A stretch of 64,000 bases of DNA from an uncultured Planctomycetota bacterium. GTDB taxonomy: Bacteria; Planctomycetota; Planctomycetia; Pirellulales; PNKZ01. Below, one piece after another: positions 20,432-29,327 of the stretch; position 1 is the first letter of the stretch, and each line of letters starts with the position of its first letter. The translations under genes and the position numbers were made by a program. Location of the stretch: contig CAVPTO010000003.1 of NCBI GenBank assembly GCA_963708675.1, positions 327,749 to 391,748 on the forward strand, given 5' to 3'. Below the pieces are notes generated by a model. That model was not told the origin of the DNA, did no database searches, and worked only from the letters and a program-made list of their open reading frames with translations.

Positions 20432-20677
20432 ATGCCAAAGCGCTCACGCAACCGCTACGACTTTAATCAGCTCGCCCGCAAGATCGTCGACCAAGCTACG
20501 GGCGACAAGCCGGCAGAGCCGGCAAAGAAGCCGGCCAAAGAGAAAGACCCCGCAGCCGTCGCGCTTGGGCACAAGGGCGGACTCAAGGGCGGCAAGGCCC
20601 GGGCGGCGAAGATGACCGCAGAACAGCGCAAGGCAAGCGCGAAGAAGGCAGCACGGGCGCGGTGGGGCGAAGGCTAG
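20432..20677 (+). CDS. small basic 'histone H1-like'/KGG-motif protein (IS passenger)
   Basis: NQLARKIVDQATG...AAVALGHKGGLKGGKARA..MT.EQR...AKKAARARW; TTGCCA-N16-CATAAT-N6-ATG upstream. Confidence 0.8.
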   Translation: MPKRSRNRYDFNQLARKIVDQATGDKPAEPAKKPAKEKDPAAVALGHKGGLKGGKARAAKMTAEQRKASAKKAARARWGEG

Positions 20678-21237
20678 CGCGGCTTGCCCGGCCTGTGATC
20701 TTGCATCTGTGCCGCTTCGGGCGAAGTTGCGGCGATTCGCGCGACCTGCTGTTCGGCCGGTGCATCAACGATCATTGTAAAATCGAATTGCAGCTGGGAC
20801 TCGTTTCCGCATGCGTTCGGATTATTCACGTTGAAGTCCGTCTGTGAAGTGTTCAGCGACCGGCAATGGCCGGCGATTTGCTCCCACTCTTGGCGAAATG
20901 AAATATGAGCGTGGTTGGCGCTCATCTTCTTACGATCCGCCCAGAATGTTTTCTGAACCTTCTTTCCACCTATGACCACCTCCACGCGAGCGGCGTGGTA
21001 CTTCTTTACGACTTCCCCTTGCTCATTCCTTTCGCGCTGCGCCCCAGTGACTTTTGCAAGGTGCCTCGCCAGCTCCCGAATTAGGTTTCTTTTCTGCGGT
21101 CGCCAATCGCCGCTGTTGATCACCTCAAGGGCAATCTGCTCGTGGTCAATCGGATCGTTAGGATGCGCTTCGATCCATGTTTGGACCATGTCGTGCAGCG
21201 CGTCTGCATAACTCTTACTTAAGCTTCCCGTTGACAT
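20674..21237 (-). CDS. conserved hypothetical protein (IS passenger)
   Basis: 187-aa ORF with 'YHAAR...Q.TFW...QI.GHC..L.....DFN.NNP...QL.FDFT' pattern; AGAGG upstream of ATG. Confidence 0.65.
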   Translation of the reverse strand: MSTGSLSKSYADALHDMVQTWIEAHPNDPIDHEQIALEVINSGDWRPQKRNLIRELARHLAKVTGAQRERNEQGEVVKKYHAARVEVVIGGKKVQKTFWADRKKMSANHAHISFRQEWEQIAGHCRSLNTSQTDFNVNNPNACGNESQLQFDFTMIVDAPAEQQVARIAATSPEAAQMQDHRPGKPR

Positions 21238-21426
21238 GGCCTCTTAGCTCCATTTCAAGATCGACGACGCTGGTTTTCAATCCGCTGAGCAGCCTCAAAA
21301 GATAATCCGTTTTCGCCTCATCCCATTGCGGGCTTTCGACAACCGCAGCGATTCCGCCGAGTTCGGAGTCTATCGAAGTTAGCGCAACGCTTGCGGATTC
21401 AATCCATCCCACAACAGCGTTTGGTG

Positions 21427-22537
21427 TTATTGCTTCGCGCGTCTTTTCTCGTCTCCCGATTCCCATTCAAGTTTCACCTTTAAGTCGTTGCAGAACGACG
21501 GCTGAAGAATTCGCTCTCTTTGCAGCCGCCCAACCACTATACCGGGTGAAACTCCAACCTTTGCCGCAAATTCGCGGATAGCGATGCGCAACTTGAGATA
21601 CGCAAAGTCTCTGGTGAACTGTGTCGGAATCAGCAAGTCGCGGGCAAACGCGTTGGCGTCATCCTCGTACTCTCCCGACAATTGGCCATCGTCAATAAAC
21701 ATGTGCTTCTTGCCGTGAAGAAGGATATGACCAGCTTCATGAAACAGCGTGAACCAGAACTGGTCGTCAGACTTGTATCGCAAGCTAACCATGATGATCG
21801 GTTTGTCGTTGATCCATTTTGCAACACCACTCACGCTCGCGCCTTGGATTTCAGGAATCAGAAGAACGACTGCGCCAGCCTCCGAGCAAAGTCGCTTGAT
21901 GTCCGCTACGATTTCGTTAGCTGGCCTCGTCGCAATTTGAACGGTTAGCTTGCGAACCTCCATCAGCGCAGCCTTGAGCTTGCGCACGTCGTATGAAGGC
22001 ACTTCGATAGATTCCGCCTCGATTTCTCCCATGCGAATCCAGGCAGCGACGCGGCCCGGGTGCTTCTTCTGGACGCTCTCTCCACGAAACTGAACGCAGG
22101 GCTGAAGCCATGTTTCATTCCACGCGGAAACGTCGCTAACACCGAAGAACTTCAGGACGTTTCTCACGAGAATTCCCTTGTCGTCGCTCGTTTCAACAAA
22201 GCGGCGCTCAATCAATACCTTCACGGGAATCTGTTCGAGCCATTGAGCGTCCTGCTCTAGGCGCTCACTTGCCTCTATTCGCGCCAGTGCTTCGCGGTAA
22301 GAAAGTTCTCGCTTATTCCAAAAGCGCGCGGGTATGCCAAGCACCATTTCTAGCTTGTCGGCCGTCTCGTAAGAGATTGGTGCGATTCCATTGATGATTT
22401 GACTGATTGTCTTTTCGGCGAGCCCGGTACGCATCGCTAGGTCCGATTGGCTCAGGCCTTTCGCGTCCAGAGTCTCGCGCAGGTGTTGCGCCAGGTGGAA
22501 CTGCGTAGTCAGGCTCGAATTTGAATTGCTTCTTCAT
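21427..22537 (-). CDS. higA: HigA-type HTH antitoxin fused to an ImmA/IrrE (HExxH) metallopeptidase-like domain; frameshift near 22483
   Basis: 'PDYAVPPGAT/LRETL...SQSDLA.RTG...KTIS.II.G..PIS' HigA N-terminus; 'DDQFWFTLFHEAGHILLH' and 'E..AN.FA..LL'. Confidence 0.85.
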
Positions 22538-22552
22538 GTTTCACCATCCGCT

Positions 22553-22888
22553 TTAGTGGTAGTCGCCGATTGCAACAATCTCGACGCGCAACACCTTCGA
22601 CCAATCCAGGCCTCCGTCATCTTTGCGCGGCACCGGATCATCGGCCGGCTTAAAAGCCAGCCTGTCAGGATGGACCAAATCCACGGCCAGCAGACCCTTC
22701 AAGTTCTGCGTTAGTTCGTGGCACCTAGCCCCGACAACAAACCGCATATCTTCGAGAGTGTCGGCGTCATCCAGTTCGACGAGCCGTTGCTGAATAATGT
22801 TTGCCATCCTTTCCCCGTACTCGCCGCGCAGCTTTTTCGCTGAATTGCACAGCTTGGCTAGCTTCGAGTTCGTGAACGTTACATCCAT
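22553..22888 (-). CDS. higB: HigB/RelE-family toxin (killer-suppression type)
   Basis: MDVTF...L.KLCN...RL.EL..A.TL.D.......RCHEL..NLKG..AVDL.HP.RL.F.P...I..I.DYH; directly upstream of higA. Confidence 0.85.
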   Translation of the reverse strand: MDVTFTNSKLAKLCNSAKKLRGEYGERMANIIQQRLVELDDADTLEDMRFVVGARCHELTQNLKGLLAVDLVHPDRLAFKPADDPVPRKDDGGLDWSKVLRVEIVAIGDYH

Positions 22889-22904
22889 GATCGGCGTCTC
22901 ATTG

Positions 22905-22975
22905 TTCTTTACGTAAAAGGTAAACGATTTTTCATAGACAGTCCAGCGAATTTCTTTACCACTCAGGTAAAGAAA
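22905..22975. promoter_or_regulatory. two TTCTTTAC-N7-GTAAA operator-like palindromes (probable HigA operators)
   Basis: Copies at 22905-22924 and 22952-22971; the second is a perfect 10-bp-arm IR, TTTCTTTACC-N5-GGTAAAGAAA. Confidence 0.6.
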
Positions 22976-22978
22976 ATC

Positions 22979-23007
22979 TTGACATGACAACCTCGCTCAC
23001 GCATAAT
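22979..23007 (+). promoter_or_regulatory. sigma70 promoter for a leaderless transposase mRNA
   Basis: TTGACA(22979-84)-17 nt-CATAAT(23002-07)-6 nt-ATG(23014). Confidence 0.7.
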
Positions 23008-23013
23008 GCTCTT

Positions 23014-23892
23014 ATGAATACAGTTTCAAATGAGCGGAAGTTGCTGGTTCTCAAGTGCCTTGTCGAGGGTTGCTCGATCCGCAGTACGGTTCGACTGACG
23101 GGCGTCGCGAAGGGAACCATCCTCGGATTGCTGGCCGAGGCAGGCGAAGCGGCGCTCGAATACCAAGACGTGATGCTCAGGAACTTGCCGTGCAAGCGCA
23201 TCGAGTGCGACGAGATTTGGGCGTTCTGTTACAGCAAGCAAAAGAACGTTCCAGAGTCGATGCGCGGCACGCCGGGCGTGGGTGACATTTGGACATGGAC
23301 CGCGATGGAAGCTGAAACGAAGCTGATGGTTAGCTGGCGTCTCGGTGCCCGCGATGCAGCTAACGCACACGCCTTCATGTCGGACGTGTCTGACCGCCTT
23401 GCTAACCGCGTGCAAATGACGACCGACGGCAATCGCGTCTATCTGGATGCCGTCGATCATTACTTCGGTTCAAACATCGACTACGCGATGCTGATTAAGA
23501 AGTACGGAAAGGGCGATGAAAACCCAGACACGAAGTACAGCCCCGCGAAGTGCCTCGGGACGAAGAAGAAGGCAATCCAGGGCGAGCCCGTCATGGCACA
23601 CGTTTCGACGAGCTACGCCGAGCGCCAGAACTTGAATATCCGCATGAAGAATCGCCGCTTCACAAGGTTGACGAATGCTTTCTCCAAGAAGGCGGAGAAC
23701 CTCGCCTACTCGATCGCGATCGACTTCTTCCACCACAATTTCTGCCGTATCCATCAGACGCTTCGGATGACGCCAGCGATGAAGGCCGGCATTGCCAAGT
23801 ACCCGATGACGATGGAGGATTTAGTCGAGATGCTTCCGCTGCCGGTCGCGAAGAAGCGCGGGAAGTACAAGCCGCGAAAGCTACGGGCGTAA
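23014..23892 (+). CDS. IS1-family DDE transposase (single ORF, ISMhu11-like)
   Basis: N-terminal HTH (LVEG.SIRST.RLTGV.K.TI), 'CDEIW.F', 'WTW.A', 'TTDG...Y', 'TSY.ER.NL..R...RR.TRLTNAFSKK'; stop abuts the right TIR. Confidence 0.92.
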   Translation: MNTVSNERKLLVLKCLVEGCSIRSTVRLTGVAKGTILGLLAEAGEAALEYQDVMLRNLPCKRIECDEIWAFCYSKQKNVPESMRGTPGVGDIWTWTAMEAETKLMVSWRLGARDAANAHAFMSDVSDRLANRVQMTTDGNRVYLDAVDHYFGSNIDYAMLIKKYGKGDENPDTKYSPAKCLGTKKKAIQGEPVMAHVSTSYAERQNLNIRMKNRRFTRLTNAFSKKAENLAYSIAIDFFHHNFCRIHQTLRMTPAMKAGIAKYPMTMEDLVEMLPLPVAKKRGKYKPRKLRA

Positions 23893-24000
23893 TTCAACCT
23901 GACCCACTACCCGATGCTTTGGGCTCGTGAAGGGTTGGTCGCCATCTTGGCGAAACATCGAAAGAGCCGCAACCGCTCCGGTGGTGGAACGATCGCGAAG

Positions 24001-25599
24001 TTAATGCGCCGCCGCTTGGCCAGGCTTCGCTTTTTGAAGCAAGAACACGAGCGGCAACATCAGCAACGAAGCGCATGCGAGCAGGAAGAAGAGGTCGATA
24101 TAGGTAAGCATCGCCGCCTGCTGCTGAACCGATTGATATACCGCTTGCAGCGCCGAGTAGCCTTTTTGCGTCAAGCTGCCGTGCATCTCGGCAAGCGTGT
24201 CACGCAGCGTCGTGTTGTACGGCGTCAAGTTACTGACGAGGCGCTCCTGATGCAGCTGGCTGCGCCGCGCCATCAATGTTTGTGCCATCGAGATGCCGAA
24301 ACTGCCACCGAGGTTGCGCGAAAGATTCACGAGCGCCGAGGCATTGTTGTTTTTGCCGGGAGGGAGCCCGACATAGGCGACCGTTGACGTCGGAACAAAC
24401 AGAAACGGAATGCCGATCGCTTGAAACACGCGAGCCCACGCCACAGTGCCGTAGCCGACGAGCGAATTCAGGCCCGTCATGTGCCAAAGCGAAACGGCTT
24501 CGAGGATGAATCCAATGCCGATTAACGTGCGCGGCTGCACACGCTTGAGCAACAGACCGATCATCGGCATGACCATCATCACGGCAAAGCCGCCGGGCGT
24601 GATGACCAGGCCTGCGTACGTCGCGGTGTATCCAAGAAGCTCCTGCACCATCTGCGGCAGCAACTGCGTCGTGCTGAAAAGGATGAACCCCATGGCGAAC
24701 ATCACGATGTTGGCGGCAAAGAAGCCACGGTTCTTGAGCAACGGCAAATCGACGATCGGGTCCTTGCGTGTGAGTTCCCAAATCACCATCGCCACAAGGC
24801 ACACGCCCGACACGATCGAAAACCCGATGATGAAGTTCGAGCCGAACCAGTCTTCGCGCTGCCCTTTGTCGAGCACCACTTGCAGACAGCCGAGGCCCAA
24901 CGCCACGAGCCCGAAGCCCACGTAGTCGACGCGCACTCCCTTGGCCAGCAACTTCTTGCGATTGCGCGTCTCAGCAGGCGGCTCGACGAGCACGAGGTAA
25001 GACAGCGTCAGCGAGATGATGCCCACGGGGACGTTGACCAGAAAGATCCAGTGCCACGAATAGTTGTCGGTGATCCATCCGCCCAAAGTCGGCCCGACCG
25101 CTGGCGCGACAACGACGGCGATGCCGTAGAGTGCGAAGGCCATACCTCGCTTCTCGGGCGTGAAGGTGTCGGCCAGAATTGACTGTTCGCTGGGTGCAAG
25201 GCCTCCACCGCCGATGCCTTGCAACACGCGAAAGAAGATGAGCCATCCGAGCGATGGCGCGAAGCCACACAGGGCTGAACTAACCGTGAACAGGGCAACG
25301 CAGAGCATATAAAAGCGCTTACGACCGATGACGGTCGCAAGCCAACCGCTGATCGGCAGAATGATCGCGTTCGAAACGAGGTAACTCGTCAGCACCCACG
25401 TTGACTCGTCGATCGACGCCGCCAGACTGCCTGCAATGTGCCGCAAGGCAACGTTGGCGATGCTCGTGTCGAGCACTTCCATGAATGTTGCAATCGAGAC
25501 AATGATGGCGACGAGCCACGGGTTGTGGTTGCCTGCCATCGACAGCGACTGACCATCCGCACTATTTGCACGTTCGGCAGTGGCCTCGCCGGTGCTCAT
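24001..25599 (-). CDS. emrB: DHA2 family (EmrB/QacA) efflux MFS permease
   Basis: ATFMEVLDTSIANVAL, WVLTSYL, GPTLGGWITDNYSW.WIF..NVP.G; 14 TM. Confidence 0.92.
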   Translation of the reverse strand: MSTGEATAERANSADGQSLSMAGNHNPWLVAIIVSIATFMEVLDTSIANVALRHIAGSLAASIDESTWVLTSYLVSNAIILPISGWLATVIGRKRFYMLCVALFTVSSALCGFAPSLGWLIFFRVLQGIGGGGLAPSEQSILADTFTPEKRGMAFALYGIAVVVAPAVGPTLGGWITDNYSWHWIFLVNVPVGIISLTLSYLVLVEPPAETRNRKKLLAKGVRVDYVGFGLVALGLGCLQVVLDKGQREDWFGSNFIIGFSIVSGVCLVAMVIWELTRKDPIVDLPLLKNRGFFAANIVMFAMGFILFSTTQLLPQMVQELLGYTATYAGLVITPGGFAVMMVMPMIGLLLKRVQPRTLIGIGFILEAVSLWHMTGLNSLVGYGTVAWARVFQAIGIPFLFVPTSTVAYVGLPPGKNNNASALVNLSRNLGGSFGISMAQTLMARRSQLHQERLVSNLTPYNTTLRDTLAEMHGSLTQKGYSALQAVYQSVQQQAAMLTYIDLFFLLACASLLMLPLVFLLQKAKPGQAAAH

Positions 25600-25621
25600 G
25601 GCTCGCTCACATGCAGCCCAC

Positions 25622-26821
25622 TCATTTAACTGTCACGCTCGGCACGACTGACATGCCCGGCCCGACGATCATGTCGTCAGGCAGCGGCTCGTCGAACACG
25701 ATCTTCACCGGCACGCGCTGCACGACCTTCACGTAGTTGCCCGTGGCGTTCTCGGCCGGAAGCAGGCTGAACCGCGCGCCGCTGCCCCGCTGAAAGCTAT
25801 CGACGTGCCCGTGCAATTCGTGGCTGGGGTACGCATCGATGCTGATCGCCACGGGCTGGCCGACACGCATGTCGGTTAGTTGCGTCTCTTTGTAATTCGC
25901 CGTGACCCACACGTTCGGGTCGACAATTGCGAACACGGCAGCACCGGGTTGCACGTAGTCGCCAAGTTCGACGCTGCGATGCGTGATGCGTCCGCTGATG
26001 GGCGCCGTCACGTGACAATACGACAAATTCAACTCGGCTTGGCGCACTTGCACCTCTGCCTGCCGCTGCGATGCCTCGGCCGAGTCGCGTTGAGCGCGCG
26101 TCAGCTCAACTTGCGCCGTTGCGGCGGCGACACGATCACGTGCAGCGGTGACTTGTGCTGCCGTTGAGCGTGCGCTCGCCGTCAGCGATTCGACGCTCTC
26201 GCGGCTCACGGCCAGCGGAGCGAGTTTTGCGTTGCGTTCGAGTTGCTGAGCGGCATTCATCGCCGTTGCCTCGGCCGCGACGAGGTCGGCCTCGGCAACC
26301 TTCTGTTGAGCTTTGGCCGCAGAAATCTGCACGTCGGTTTGGCGTAAATTCTCCGTTGCCGCATCGGCGGCGGTGCGAGCCCGCTCGAGCGCGAGCACAT
26401 AGTCGCGTGGGTCGATTTCGAAAAGCACGTCCCCTTCATGAACGAACTGATTGTCGTCGATATTCAGCACTTCGACGTAGCCCGCCACCTTAGCCGCCAT
26501 TTGAACGATGTGCCCGTCGATGAACGCATCGTCCGTCCACTGGTAATGTCGCGAGTGCAACCAGTAACCGACGCCACCGGCAATCAACAGCAGCGAACCC
26601 ACGACGATCGCGGTCATCAGTAGTGGCCGCTTGTAGAACGGTTTGGTCGGCGGAGCGCCGTCCTTGTTGCCTTCCTGTTCGTCTTCCCCGCGGTCGTCTA
26701 CGTCACGGGGCTTGCGGCGTCGGCGGCGGTGTTGGCTGGGATGCGGCGCGTCGTGCGGGCGCTCGCGGTGATGCTGTGTCTTGCCGCTTGCGGGGGATTC
26801 GATCGCGTCGCGTTCAGGCAT
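25622..26821 (-). CDS. emrA: EmrA/HlyD-family membrane fusion protein
   Basis: TDDAFIDG, ANYKETQL, SLLPAENATGNYVKVVQRVPVKI. Confidence 0.92.
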   Translation of the reverse strand: MPERDAIESPASGKTQHHRERPHDAPHPSQHRRRRRKPRDVDDRGEDEQEGNKDGAPPTKPFYKRPLLMTAIVVGSLLLIAGGVGYWLHSRHYQWTDDAFIDGHIVQMAAKVAGYVEVLNIDDNQFVHEGDVLFEIDPRDYVLALERARTAADAATENLRQTDVQISAAKAQQKVAEADLVAAEATAMNAAQQLERNAKLAPLAVSRESVESLTASARSTAAQVTAARDRVAAATAQVELTRAQRDSAEASQRQAEVQVRQAELNLSYCHVTAPISGRITHRSVELGDYVQPGAAVFAIVDPNVWVTANYKETQLTDMRVGQPVAISIDAYPSHELHGHVDSFQRGSGARFSLLPAENATGNYVKVVQRVPVKIVFDEPLPDDMIVGPGMSVVPSVTVK

Positions 26822-26950
26822 ATCACCACCTATGACCGGTTACGGTGAGAGGGGTGGTTGCAGCTTGCGTGCCGAAAAAGAGATTGGAAAGCACGACGAC
26901 CCATGGCCAGCAGGCCATGGGCTTAGGGCGTAGTGCCAATCCGAGATAGA

Positions 26951-27880
26951 TCACGCCCGCGGGTGAAACTGCTGATGCACCTTTTTCAGACGCGTGTGGT
27001 CAACGTGCGTGTAGATCTGCGTCGTGGCGATGCTTGAGTGGCCGAGCATCTCTTGCACCATGCGCAGGTCAGCGCCGCCGGCGAGCATGTGCGTCGCGAA
27101 GCTATGTCGCAGCGTGTGAGGGCTGACGCCTTCGGCCGCGCCGACGCGCTTGGCGTAACGTGTAACGAGTTCCCAGATCCGTTCACGCCGCAGCGCGCGG
27201 CCCGATCGCGACAACAGGAGCCAGGTTGGCGGCGTCGGCGCTTGGGCTGCCAAGGCTGGACGCTCGGTTTCGAGATACTGAGCGACTGCTTCTGCGGCCC
27301 GGCGACCGAGCGGCACCAGGCGTTGCTTGTCCCCTTTGCCATGACACAGGCAATGTCCCTCGTCGAGATGCACGTCGCGCAGCTGCAACGTCGAAAGTTC
27401 CGACGCACGACAACCCGTCGCGTACAACATCTCGAGCATGGCCCGATCGCGCCGCCACCAAGGCTCGCTCTTCTTCGGGGCCGTGAGAAGCGCCTCGACG
27501 ATTCGTGGCGGCAGAACCGTAGGGATGCGCTCCCATAGCTTCTGGCTTCCGAGAAGCTCGACCGCGTTGTCCTTGAGCACCCCTTCGAGTTGCAAGTAGC
27601 GGAAGAACAGCTTCAGCGAGACGAGATGCCGCGCGAGGCTGGCCGGGGCGAGGTTTTGCTCGTGCAGCCAGCCGGCATAGTCGGCCAGTTGTCGCACGCC
27701 GAGGGTTTGGATGTCCTTCTTGCCTCGCCACTGCTGAAAGCGTCGCAGGTCGCGACGATAGGCGGCGACGGTGTTGTCGGCGAGGTGGCACTCCGAGCGA
27801 ATATAGGTCGTGAACGCCTCGACCCACGGGTGGTCGGGCGTCGCGGCCTGATCGGGAGCTTTGTCTTTCGCGGGCTTCAT
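26951..27880 (-). CDS. xerD: site-specific tyrosine recombinase XerD
   Basis: NTVAAYRRDL, RDRAMLEMLYATG.RASEL, GKGDKQR, SPHTLRHSFATH, LGH..IATTQIYTHV. Confidence 0.88.
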   Translation of the reverse strand: MKPAKDKAPDQAATPDHPWVEAFTTYIRSECHLADNTVAAYRRDLRRFQQWRGKKDIQTLGVRQLADYAGWLHEQNLAPASLARHLVSLKLFFRYLQLEGVLKDNAVELLGSQKLWERIPTVLPPRIVEALLTAPKKSEPWWRRDRAMLEMLYATGCRASELSTLQLRDVHLDEGHCLCHGKGDKQRLVPLGRRAAEAVAQYLETERPALAAQAPTPPTWLLLSRSGRALRRERIWELVTRYAKRVGAAEGVSPHTLRHSFATHMLAGGADLRMVQEMLGHSSIATTQIYTHVDHTRLKKVHQQFHPRA

Positions 27881-28008
27881 GGCGTACTCTTTCTAAGAAT
27901 CGACCGAAGCCAAGGACAACATGCAGCCTGAACCGCCCATCAGCACCGCTTGCGGTTTCGCGCTTAACCCGTTGTGAGCACGCAGCTAGCACGGTACAAA
28001 GTCCCGTT

Positions 28009-28989
28009 ATGAACATCCTTGTTGTCGGCGGCGCCGGATATGTCGGCAGCCACGCCGTGAAGCTGCTCGTCGAAGCGGGCCACCAGGTCTGCGTTTACGA
28101 CAACCTCGTCTACGGTCATCCCCAGGCCACGTTGGGCGTCAGGCTTGTCGACGGAGAGCTGTCGGAAGGCCCGCGGCTGACCGCCCTGCTCCGTGAGCTT
28201 AAGACCGAAGCGGTGTTTCACTTTGCCGCCTATGCCGCGGTAGGCGAGAGCGTCATCGAGCCCGCGAAATACTATCAGAACAATATTGTCGGCAGCTTGT
28301 CGCTGTTAGACGCGATGCGAGCGGCCGATGTTCGTAAGATCGTGTTTTCGAGCACGACGGCGGTCTACGGCATTCCGAAAAGTATGCCGATTAACGAAGA
28401 TATGCCGCGCCTGCCTGTGAACCCTTACGGCTTCACCAAGATGGTGATCGAGCAGGCACTCGACGACTACGCTCGCGCTTATGACTTCGCCTACGCGGCA
28501 CTGCGATACTTCAACGCCTCGGGCGCCAGCCCCGACGGCGACATCGGCGAAGATCACACCCCCGAGTCGCACCTGATTCCGATCGTGTTGCAAGTCGCGC
28601 TCGGGCAGCGCAAGGATGTCACGATCTTCGGCGACGACTATCCAACGCCCGACGGCACATGCATTCGCGATTACGTTCACGTGAACGATTTGGGCCGCGC
28701 GCATCTGGCGGCGCTCGATCGTCTGATGCCCGGCGTCGGGTTGCAGCTCAACCTTGGCACCGGGCGCGGCCACAGTGTTCGCGAAGTGATCGAAGCGTGC
28801 CGCAAGGTGACGGGTCATGCTATTCCCACCGTCATGGGTGCGCGACGCGCCGGCGATCCGCCCGAACTGATCGCCGACCCTTCGCGAGCCAAGAAGCAGC
28901 TCGGCTGGCAACCGCGGTTCGTCGAGATCGCCGACATCGTCGAAACCGCCTGGGCATGGCATCGCAGCCATCCCAACGGGTACGCATAG
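28009..28989 (+). CDS. galE: UDP-glucose 4-epimerase
   Basis: GGAGYVGSH, AVGESV, NPYG.TK, LRYFNA, GEDH.PE.HLIP, DGTCIRDYVHV. Confidence 0.95.
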   Translation: MNILVVGGAGYVGSHAVKLLVEAGHQVCVYDNLVYGHPQATLGVRLVDGELSEGPRLTALLRELKTEAVFHFAAYAAVGESVIEPAKYYQNNIVGSLSLLDAMRAADVRKIVFSSTTAVYGIPKSMPINEDMPRLPVNPYGFTKMVIEQALDDYARAYDFAYAALRYFNASGASPDGDIGEDHTPESHLIPIVLQVALGQRKDVTIFGDDYPTPDGTCIRDYVHVNDLGRAHLAALDRLMPGVGLQLNLGTGRGHSVREVIEACRKVTGHAIPTVMGARRAGDPPELIADPSRAKKQLGWQPRFVEIADIVETAWAWHRSHPNGYA

Positions 28990-29212
28990 CGCGCTCGGCG
29001 CGCGTCTCCAACCCCGCCGTTGTGTCACGCGCTCGGCGCGGGTCTCTGACCCCGCCGCTCCGCCGACCGCAGGTCTCCGCTGCTCTCCGCCGCCCCACGT
29101 TATTGCGCACCCTATAGGAACGGGGTTTGTGCGCAATAATCCGGCGTCTTTCCAATGTTGACATGTCCGCTCCAACAGCACGCGCGCTCGGCGCGGGTCT
29201 TCGACCCCGTCG
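28990..29212 (+). repeat. three direct copies of a ~30-bp REP-like unit CGCGCTCGGCGCGGGTCTC.GACCCCGCCG
   Basis: Copies at 28990-29019, 29028-29057 and 29183-29212; internal GGGTC/GACCC hairpin. Confidence 0.75.
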
Positions 29213-29327
29213 CACGGCACCCAGTCGCACACTCGTTATGCGATTTGTCTTGGAGACGCCGTCCACGATAAAATCCGGTCATATACATGGTCGAACTTGC
29301 ATCACTCGTTTTTTGAGGGCTAGGAAC

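Larger units (their letters stand above)
20043..23911. mobile_element. IS1-family transporter element (3,869 bp) with passenger genes
   Basis: TIRs GGTAGTGGGTCAGTTTGAA (20043-20061) and its reverse complement at 23893-23911 (18/19 match); 8-bp direct repeat CGATGCTT at 20035-20042 and 23912-23919; transposase at the right end. Confidence 0.95.

Noticed and set aside
26951-27880. Phage/ICE integrase marking an island
   Set aside because: Length and motifs are those of housekeeping XerD; no att repeats, tRNA or phage genes seen nearby.
28990-29212. CRISPR array
   Set aside because: Only three degenerate copies with 8-nt and ~125-nt spacing and no cas genes; REP-like instead.
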